Source: a candidate division WOR-3 bacterium
GTDB lineage: Bacteria > Hydrothermota > Hydrothermia > B15-G9 > WFZT01
Assembly: GCA_027053075.1 (NCBI GenBank)
Contig: JALUEE010000074.1
Coordinates: 1 to 11,321 of the forward strand
Direction: 5' to 3'
Length of the DNA: 11,321 bases
The translations under genes were made by a program, and so were the position numbers. Numbering within the stretch: position 1 is the first letter of the stretch; each line of letters begins with the position of its first letter. The notes beneath the pieces were generated by a model. It did no database searches, was not told where the DNA came from, and saw only the letters and a list, made by a program, of their open reading frames with translations. Positions 1-6,333 of this stretch are shown piece by piece.

Positions 1-1
1 T

Positions 2-274
2 CTGTCAGTTAAAAAAATGCTGAACCTCGGTGGCAGACCCGCATTTCATTCCCTTTTAATAGTTGTTTTAATCACGCTCCTCACGTACATTCCTGCTAAA
101 TCTATAACTTTCTCTGCTGTTGCTTTTCTCTCCATGCTTTCTCACCTGATCTGGGATCTTGCAACCGGTGGGGTTAACCTCCTTTTCCCACTCAAAAAAA
201 TTTATAGGTTGACCAAAGTCCAGGCAGTTTTTGCCTTTGTCCTGCTTTTCGGTATCTCTCTTTCCCTGCTATGA
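2..274 (+). CDS. Membrane-bound metal-dependent hydrolase (YdjM-like), C-terminal part; 5'-truncated by the window edge
   Basis: The frame is open from base 2 (LSVKK-MLNLGG...). It has RPAFHSLL and SHLIWD motifs resembling the YdjM-type R-x-x-x-HS and SH-x-x-x-D metal-binding motifs, plus hydrophobic TM segments and a G-x-x-L-L-F-P motif. The stop overlaps the next ATG (ATGA 271-274). Confidence 0.65.
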   Translation: MSVKKMLNLGGRPAFHSLLIVVLITLLTYIPAKSITFSAVAFLSMLSHLIWDLATGGVNLLFPLKKIYRLTKVQAVFAFVLLFGISLSLL

Positions 275-2358
275 AAGTATTATTCCTGTTTCACATGCAT
301 CAACCTCCATACAAACTGGGAGACAATCCCCCACACTACCCAATGCCGTGGGTTTTCACTCACCTCATCAGAGAATATTACGATGTGGCAAGAAGCCTCA
401 TGGAGGTCGAGGCCCCAGCCGTTACCATCAATTTTTCAGGTTCTCTCATTGAGCAGATTGAGGACTATGTGAGCGGTAACTTCACTGACGAGTTTATCAA
501 AAGATTCAAAATGGACGCGCGAGAATTGTCCAAGGAAGATAAAATTTTCATACTCAGAAATTTCTTTTCTGTAAACTATGAGCACAGGATTAAGCCATTC
601 AAGAAATATTTAGAGCTTTATGCAAAGCGTGGCACGCCATCCAACCTTGAAGAAAAGGTTGAGAGGTTTGAAGAGCAGGAGTGGCGAGATATACAGGTTT
701 TTTTCTTCTTGAGTCAGATAAGTCTCTATTACCAGCGTGAAGATGAAATCATTAAAAATTTGATTGCAAAAGGGCGAGGATTCACAGAGGAGGATAAATC
801 AAAACTACTTGAGAAGTGCTTTGAAATTGCGTCCAGAGTGCTGCCGCTTTACAAAGAGCTAAAAGAGAGGGGACTTGAGATTTCCTTTACTCCCATGTAT
901 CACCCGATACTGCCTTTGATCATTGATTCCAGCGAAGCGAAAAATTCAAATCCTGGATGTGTGCTGCCTGACCAGCATTTTTCTTCGGAAGAAGACGCTC
1001 TTGAGCAGGTAAAACAGGGGAAACAAAAGATCTCCAGTGTCTTTGGGAAAGTAGCCGGCTCCTGGCCTGCAGAGGGGAGTGTTTCAGATAGAGCAATCAG
1101 AATATATTCTCAGGCGGGTGTTAAATGGATTGCCACCGATGAAGAAATTCTAAATAGAACCGTCGGGAAATTCCGCGAGAGTGAGTTTTATGGTGGAGAC
1201 CACCTTTATCGGCCTTACAAATTGGGCGAAGTAAACGTGTTTTTCAGAGACCACGTTCTCTCAGACCTCATCGGGTTTGTTTATAACCACTGGGATATTG
1301 ATAAAGCTGTAGGTGATTTTATCATGAGACTCGGGAAAATCGAGGAGAGGAATCCCCATGCCATTGTCTCTATCATCTTAGATGGTGAAAATCCCTGGGA
1401 GTACTATCCTGATGGAGGAACCGAATTCTTACCCAGGCTACTCGGAGAAATTTCAAAAAGATTTGAATTAACCACCTATAGCAAGGTTGAGGCAGAGACT
1501 GAGCTCGTGCACATTCATCCCGGCTCCTGGATTAACGCCGATTTCTCCACCTGGATATGTGATCAGGAGAAAAACACTGGATGGACATACTTATCTCGAG
1601 TCAAATCTCTAATTTATCAGAAGGTTAAGGAAAATCCACAGTCTTACAGAGAGTGGCTCATGGCCGAGGCATCAGATTGGTTCTGGTGGCTTGGTGAGGG
1701 TCATCCTTCGTTCTATGCACCTGAATTTGACAGGATCTTCAGGGAACACCTTAAGAATGCTTTCAGGTATATTGGGGTTGAGCCACCGGAATTTCTTGAT
1801 ATTCCTATCAAATCACGTGCTGAAATGGGCGAAATCATTCCACCTATGACTTATGGCACTCCCATCCTTGATGGCAGGGTAACAAACTACTTTGAATGGA
1901 GGCTCTCCGGCATTATCAAACCCGGATTTACCACAATGACAGCCGCAGAGAGCCCGATTGAGGAAATCAGGTATCTCTTTGATGATAAAAATCTTTACCT
2001 GCTCTTGAGTATCGCTAAGATGCGGGCTCAGGAATTTTTATCAAAAGGATACGAGATTCTGGTTGAGATCAGAGAAGATGATCACGGAGCAAAATTCATC
2101 CTCTCAGAAAACCCACGGGTTGAGAGACCGGAGCATGCTGAGATAAAAATCTTCTGCGGCAAAATCCCAGACTCCATCGGATTCTGCGCCAGGTCAAAGC
2201 TCGAGATTGCGATCCCAAGAAATTTAATCGGAAATACAGAGACTCCTGCTCTGAGAATCCAGGTTTTGAGGGATGGCAATCCACTATTTTCCTATCCTCA
2301 GGAGGGATTTTTTATTCTGAAGCGAACCGAATACGATCCTGACGCTGTTTACTGGTGA
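271..2358 (+). CDS. Glycoside hydrolase family 57 (amylopullulanase/alpha-amylase-like) with a C-terminal beta-rich accessory domain
   Basis: 695 aa. GH57 conserved regions are present: HMHQP, TPMYHPILPL, WPAEGSVS (catalytic Glu), ILDGENPWEYY (catalytic Asp) and AEASDWFWW. The C-terminal ~170 aa begin with PILDGRVTNYFEW. Confidence 0.92.
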   Translation: MKVLFLFHMHQPPYKLGDNPPHYPMPWVFTHLIREYYDVARSLMEVEAPAVTINFSGSLIEQIEDYVSGNFTDEFIKRFKMDARELSKEDKIFILRNFFSVNYEHRIKPFKKYLELYAKRGTPSNLEEKVERFEEQEWRDIQVFFFLSQISLYYQREDEIIKNLIAKGRGFTEEDKSKLLEKCFEIASRVLPLYKELKERGLEISFTPMYHPILPLIIDSSEAKNSNPGCVLPDQHFSSEEDALEQVKQGKQKISSVFGKVAGSWPAEGSVSDRAIRIYSQAGVKWIATDEEILNRTVGKFRESEFYGGDHLYRPYKLGEVNVFFRDHVLSDLIGFVYNHWDIDKAVGDFIMRLGKIEERNPHAIVSIILDGENPWEYYPDGGTEFLPRLLGEISKRFELTTYSKVEAETELVHIHPGSWINADFSTWICDQEKNTGWTYLSRVKSLIYQKVKENPQSYREWLMAEASDWFWWLGEGHPSFYAPEFDRIFREHLKNAFRYIGVEPPEFLDIPIKSRAEMGEIIPPMTYGTPILDGRVTNYFEWRLSGIIKPGFTTMTAAESPIEEIRYLFDDKNLYLLLSIAKMRAQEFLSKGYEILVEIREDDHGAKFILSENPRVERPEHAEIKIFCGKIPDSIGFCARSKLEIAIPRNLIGNTETPALRIQVLRDGNPLFSYPQEGFFILKRTEYDPDAVYW

Positions 2359-3332
2359 CTTTCCTGTCTTACAAGCTTCTCCGCCTCATTTAAAATCTTA
2401 AGCACCTTCAATCCTTCACGTCCATCGGAGTAAGGTGGTTCACCTGTTATTATCGATTTCGCAAATTGTCTGAGCTCTTCCTTGAGGGGTTCTTTCTTTT
2501 CAATGGAGATGGGCTTCCTTTCGGCCTTTTCGGCAACCGGTATCTTTCCCTCGATCCATTTGATCTTATGAGGATAGAGGAAAAGCTTCTCCTCAGTGAG
2601 GTCGTCAAAAAGCAACATGGCCTCACTGCCCACCACCACAAGCTTCTGCTCCTTGAACGGATGGAGCCAGCTCACAAAAATGTGGCCACGGATATTGTTT
2701 TTGAACTCAAAATCCATCAGGGTAACATCGAAAATTTCTGGTGTAATGTATGAGCCACCGGAGGCACTGAGCTTAATTGGCTCCTCACCCACGAGATTTA
2801 AAATTACTGAAACATCGTGTGGAGCAAAACTCCAGATAATGTTTTCCTCTGTCCTGAGTTTGCCGATATTGAGCCTGTTGGAGTAAATATAATAAATCCT
2901 TCCGATCTCCCCGGACCTTATCATCTCCTTCATCTTTATAACGGCCGGATGGTAGTTGAGAATATGCCCAACCATGAGGATTTTTCCGAACTCGTCGGCC
3001 AATTTTATAAGCTCCTCAGCTTCTTCAACCTTCAGTGCAAGGGGTTTTTCGACAAAAACATGCTTCCCGGCAAGGAGTGATTTTTTAGCAACCTCGTAAT
3101 GGGTCACAGCAGGTGTGGCAATACAGACTCCCACAACCTCCGGATTTTCTAAAATCTTTTCGATGGAATCCACAAACTCAACCTCAGGGTATTTCTCTTT
3201 CAGCTCTGCACGCCGCTCGGGGCTGGCATCAAAAACTGAATGAATAAATCCAAGCTCATAAAGGTTCCTCAGGATATTCTTTCCCCAGTAGCCTGCTCCG
3301 ATGAGGCTGATTTTACCTTTAAGTTCTTCCAT
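2349..3332 (-). CDS. Gfo/Idh/MocA family NAD-dependent oxidoreductase (WbpB/WlbA-like nucleotide-sugar dehydrogenase)
   Basis: 327 aa with Rossmann GAGYWG, ATPAVTH, HVFVEKPLA, MVGH and APHD motifs. SD AAGGAG lies upstream of the ATG, overlapping the upstream gene's stop. Confidence 0.88.
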   Translation of the reverse strand: MEELKGKISLIGAGYWGKNILRNLYELGFIHSVFDASPERRAELKEKYPEVEFVDSIEKILENPEVVGVCIATPAVTHYEVAKKSLLAGKHVFVEKPLALKVEEAEELIKLADEFGKILMVGHILNYHPAVIKMKEMIRSGEIGRIYYIYSNRLNIGKLRTEENIIWSFAPHDVSVILNLVGEEPIKLSASGGSYITPEIFDVTLMDFEFKNNIRGHIFVSWLHPFKEQKLVVVGSEAMLLFDDLTEEKLFLYPHKIKWIEGKIPVAEKAERKPISIEKKEPLKEELRQFAKSIITGEPPYSDGREGLKVLKILNEAEKLVRQESHQ

Positions 3333-3344
3333 TTCGCTTTCTCC

Positions 3345-4313
3345 TTAAACGTTGTATTTTTCAAAGTTTTTATAGAGATCAAGATTTTCCCGAAACCAGA
3401 GATAAGTTTGCCTTAGGGCTTCCTCAAAGGAATAATGAGGTTCCCAGCCTGTGAGCTTATTTGCCTTTTCAAAGTTACACACCAGAACCTCAACCTCGCT
3501 CTTAAGGGGCCTTATTCTCTCTTCCTCTTTAATAACTTTCACTGGTTTGCCATGAACTTTTGAAACCATATCAACAACCTCTGAAATGGCAAAACTCCTG
3601 CCAGTTCCAATGTTAAATACATCACCAATGGTTTTCTCATGCAGGCCCACCTCTATGATTCCACGGACAGTGTCCTTCACGTAAAGAAAATCTCTCTTTG
3701 TGGATAGATTCCCGAGTCTCACTACGCCATTTTTAATGGCCTGTGTGATAATGGTCGGGATCACAGCTCTGAGGGATTGGCGAGGGCCGAAGGTATTGAA
3801 AGGCCTCACAATAGTAACAGGAAGGTCAAAGGACTTGAAATAGGTCAAAGCCAGCATGTCCGCTGCCGCCTTTGTGGCAGCATAAGGAGACTGCGGGTTG
3901 TAAGGATGCCTCTCATCGATGGGGATGTATTGGGCTGTACCGTAAACTTCACTGCTGGAAATATGAACAATTCGCGATATTTTGCTGCTCATTTTGGCAG
4001 CTTCAAGAATGTTGTAGGTTCCCTCAACGTTTGTCCTGATGTATGCGACAGGAGTCTCGTATGAGTAAGGAATTCCGATGAGAGCAGCAAGATGGAAGAT
4101 CACGTCCACGTCTTCGACCATTTTTTTAACTGAATCAAAGTCTCGAACATCACCTCTGATGACTTCTACATCTGTTTTTATGTAATCAAGCCATCCCCAG
4201 CGATCCTGAGAATTATACCGTACCAGGGCTTTCACCTCGAAACCTCTATCGGTGAGAAGTTCGGTGAGATGTGAGCCTATAAACCCACCCGCACCTGTAA
4301 CAAGAGCTTTCAT
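3345..4313 (-). CDS. NAD-dependent nucleotide-sugar 4,6-dehydratase/epimerase (extended SDR, LegB-like)
   Basis: Motifs VTGAGGFIGSH, LAALIGIPYSY, SSSEVYGTA, PYAATK (YxxxK) and RPFNTFGPRQSLRAVIPTII match the LegB-type subfamily. The ATG at 4313 is preferred to the GTG at 4319 because it gives MKALVTG and lies 7 nt from a -10 box. Confidence 0.88.
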   Translation of the reverse strand: MKALVTGAGGFIGSHLTELLTDRGFEVKALVRYNSQDRWGWLDYIKTDVEVIRGDVRDFDSVKKMVEDVDVIFHLAALIGIPYSYETPVAYIRTNVEGTYNILEAAKMSSKISRIVHISSSEVYGTAQYIPIDERHPYNPQSPYAATKAAADMLALTYFKSFDLPVTIVRPFNTFGPRQSLRAVIPTIITQAIKNGVVRLGNLSTKRDFLYVKDTVRGIIEVGLHEKTIGDVFNIGTGRSFAISEVVDMVSKVHGKPVKVIKEEERIRPLKSEVEVLVCNFEKANKLTGWEPHYSFEEALRQTYLWFRENLDLYKNFEKYNV

Positions 4314-4320
4314 AGGCACA

Positions 4321-4350
4321 ATTTTACATGCAACCCAAAAGTTTTATCAA
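4321..4350 (-). promoter_or_regulatory. Sigma70-type promoter for the dehydratase-oxidoreductase unit, probably leaderless
   Basis: The minus strand reads TTGATA-N18-TAAAAT-N7-ATG, with no SD before the ATG. Confidence 0.6.
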
Positions 4351-4374
4351 GCCTGGGAGACATATTCGAACATG

Positions 4375-4412
4375 TTCCCCCTCTTCTTCCCACGCACGAA
4401 GTACTCGGGGAA
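4375..4412 (+). repeat. Degenerate copy of the CGCAC-GAA-GT hairpin family
   Basis: TTCCCCCTCTTCTTCCCACGCAC-GAA-GTACTCGGGGAA. The 10-mer CGCACGAAGT (4393-4402) is identical to 11291-11300, and the C-rich left arm resembles 10751-10772. Confidence 0.5.
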
Positions 4413-4655
4413 TTCTTTTCAAAATTCCAAATAAATCGAAATTTTTCGAACAGGCTCAGACTGGGAGGACATATTGTCAGGCTTGTGCAAATCAAAAATT
4501 TTTTTGGATAAAAAATTTTGGCTGATCTGAATTATTCATAGTAGATTTTATGTCCTCGCTAAATTAATTTGGTAAATCAATCAACCCAAGAACGGCTGTA
4601 ATATTACGAAATGACCTTCAAGAAAATTACTTTTTGAGATTACCTTTAGTGTAGG

Positions 4656-4697
4656 ATTAGGACTTTATTTCCTAATAGTTAGGTATTATAATCCTAA
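4656..4697 (+). promoter_or_regulatory. Promoter overlapped by two tandem operator-like palindromes
   Basis: ATTAGGA-CTTTATT-TCCTAAT (4656-4676, perfect 7-7-7) and TTAGG-TATTATAAT-CCTAA (4679-4697). A consensus -10 TATAAT lies at 4687-4692, a weak -35 TTTATT at 4664-4669 (17-nt spacer), and the ATG at 4700. Confidence 0.75.
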
Positions 4698-4699
4698 AT

Positions 4700-5293
4700 A
4701 TGAATATTGACTCGAAAGAATTAGATCAAATTCTTAAAGCATTGGACCGACAAATAGGATTGGAAGGAGGAGAGCAAGTATCTCTTGTGGTAATTGGTGG
4801 AGCTGCGCTTAATGCATTAGGACTGATTTCCAGAACTACCATGGATGTTGATGTGTTGGGTGAGATCATAGAAACAGAAAAAGGTGTTAAGATCAGGAAA
4901 ATCAATGACTTCCCGGATTTTTTGAAACGTGCAATTGAAAAAGTCCAAAGAGATTTTGGCCTTCAAGATAATTGGTTTAATCTGGGACCCGCTTCACAAT
5001 TAGATCTGGGACTACCTTCAGGGTTTGAGTCCAGACTTATTCGTAAAAACTACGGGAAATACTTATCTGTGTATTTTCCAAGCCGTTGGGATTTGATCCA
5101 TTTAAAATTTTTTGCCTCGATTGATAGGAATTCATACCATGTCCAGGACCTTCTTAACCTAAAGCCAACCGAAAAGGAAATAGAATCAGCAGCGAGGTGG
5201 GTCTTAACCCAGGATGTTTCTCAAGAATTCAGGCTCCTCACTAAAAACTTCTTGAAGAAAATTGGCTATGAGCAAGTTGCAGAAAAACTTTAA
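4700..5293 (+). CDS. Nucleotidyltransferase, DUF6036/AbiEii-like (Pol-beta superfamily); putative toxin
   Basis: 197 aa. LVVIGGAAL...RTTMDVDV matches the GG-x-A...R-x-T-x-D-x-D NTase signature. Later WFN.GP, DLIHLKFFA and QDL motifs are typical of DUF6036-type proteins. Confidence 0.8.
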   Translation: MNIDSKELDQILKALDRQIGLEGGEQVSLVVIGGAALNALGLISRTTMDVDVLGEIIETEKGVKIRKINDFPDFLKRAIEKVQRDFGLQDNWFNLGPASQLDLGLPSGFESRLIRKNYGKYLSVYFPSRWDLIHLKFFASIDRNSYHVQDLLNLKPTEKEIESAARWVLTQDVSQEFRLLTKNFLKKIGYEQVAEKL

Positions 5294-6179
5294 AGAAACA
5301 CTTAGAGACGCATTGACGCAACTCCTATGGAAGCAGTGGAGTACTCTTGGGATAGCTTCTTTTGTAGAACCACAGAAAACATGGGTAATTGATCCCGAAG
5401 CCCTTATGGTAGCCACAACATTTTGGCAAAATGAGGATTTAAGACTTTACGAAGTTGCCAGGGTGTGGATTTTTAAACACCGGGATTACTGGATGCAAAC
5501 GCGATACAAAAAAATCATAAAATACTGCATTGAAATGGATAAGGGGTTATTTAAAAAATCTAACTTGATTAACTTCCTACAGTATAAATTATCCCTGCAG
5601 GATTCCCGACATGTACACGAAAGGCGGAGAGAAATTCTCAAGCCACTTCCAATTAAAAATCCTCCTATGATTCGCTTAAAACTGCGTGGAATTTTTGGGC
5701 GAGAAGCAAGGTCAGAGGTTTTTCTTTACTATCTATATCACAGGGAAGGAACATCATTATCTATTGCCAAAGAGACTTTCCTTGAGCAAAAATCCGTTTA
5801 CAGCGTCGCAAAGAAATGGCAAGAGACTGGAATGCTCGAAAGGCGAATGGGGAAAAAGACTGGTTATGTTATGCCTGATCGAGTTAAAAAGGCCTGGCTT
5901 AATGCGTTAGAGATCAAGACGTTGCCACAATATCTCAATTGGGGCAGAGTTTTTACAGGATTGTGCCTCATGATGGAAGCTCTGAGAATAGAGCCGTGGG
6001 AAAATGATTCATATTTACGCTCGTCATTTTATAGAGATATACTTCCTTTATTTGCTGAACTTCGGGAAAAATTACGTATCTCTTTTCCTGAACCGACATT
6101 ATATCCCGGCGAAGCTTTCACCTCCGTATTTGAAGATTTTGTAGTCAGTGCAATGAATAAACTGGAGTCGTTAAAATAA
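5268..6179 (+). CDS. Uncharacterised ~303-aa protein with an internal winged helix-turn-helix; putative antitoxin/autorepressor
   Basis: The ATG at 5268 is preferred to the TTG at 5262; the gene overlaps the NTase by 26 nt. The segment LRGIFGREARSEVFLYY...SLSIAKETFLEQKSVYSVAKKWQETGMLERRMGKKTGY (~5682-5873) has an ArsR/MarR-like wHTH pattern. The N-terminal LWKQWSTLG...IDPEAL region has no function I can assign. Confidence 0.7.
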   Translation: MSKLQKNFKETLRDALTQLLWKQWSTLGIASFVEPQKTWVIDPEALMVATTFWQNEDLRLYEVARVWIFKHRDYWMQTRYKKIIKYCIEMDKGLFKKSNLINFLQYKLSLQDSRHVHERRREILKPLPIKNPPMIRLKLRGIFGREARSEVFLYYLYHREGTSLSIAKETFLEQKSVYSVAKKWQETGMLERRMGKKTGYVMPDRVKKAWLNALEIKTLPQYLNWGRVFTGLCLMMEALRIEPWENDSYLRSSFYRDILPLFAELREKLRISFPEPTLYPGEAFTSVFEDFVVSAMNKLESLK

Positions 6180-6287
6180 AACCATGGGGGTAAACTGGCC
6201 AAAGATAGTATGTAAATTCAGCGTAATCAGAATCCAAACAGCGAGATAATTAACCAAAACATTCGCTGCAAACTTCAGATTAATATC

Positions 6288-6312
6288 CTCCCCCACGTGA
6301 AAATTGGGGGAG
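6288..6312. repeat. 8-bp inverted repeat with a 9-nt spacer overlapping the hslO promoter
   Basis: CTCCCCCA-CGTGAAAAT-TGGGGGAG. Confidence 0.6.
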
Positions 6313-6325
6313 ATTCAGTTATAAT
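6297..6325 (+). promoter_or_regulatory. Sigma70-type promoter of hslO-lepA-tsaE, probably leaderless or near-leaderless
   Basis: GTGAAA (6297-6302)-N17-TATAAT (6320-6325)-N8-ATG (6334), with no SD between the -10 and the ATG. Confidence 0.6.
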
Positions 6326-6333
6326 GAACCACT

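Larger units (their letters stand above)
4520..6287. other. AT-richer accessory islet carrying a two-gene NTase/wHTH module; boundaries approximate
   Basis: By eye, there are more A/T-ending codons (many TTA, ATA, AAT) than in the flanking genes. It lies between two divergent housekeeping-type promoters. No integrase or transposase is present in the window. Confidence 0.5.

Noticed and set aside
4348..4520. Mini CRISPR array or integron attC sites
   Set aside because: There are only two 14-15 nt repeats 108 bp apart, no regular repeat-spacer period, no cas or integrase gene, and no RYYYAAC/GTTRRRY core pair framing the hairpins.
4493..4520. A/T-tract inverted repeat CAAAAATTTTTTTGGATAAAAAATTTTG
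   Set aside because: It is a low-complexity AT-rich sequence in which such pairing arises easily by chance.
4252..4525. ORFs 4252-4434 (+), 4310-4495 (-) and 4328-4525 (+)
   Set aside because: They cross the legB-like promoter and the repeat mosaic, have atypical composition and show no family motif.
6185..6250. 21-codon ORF MGVNWPKIVCKFSVIRIQTAR directly after the wHTH gene, as a third module component
   Set aside because: It is very short and has no motif. An upstream GGAG is too distant to be a convincing SD, so it cannot be distinguished from chance.
6288..6312. CIRCE (HrcA operator) upstream of hslO
   Set aside because: Only the 9-nt spacer matches; the arms are not TTAGCACTC/GAGTGCTAA.
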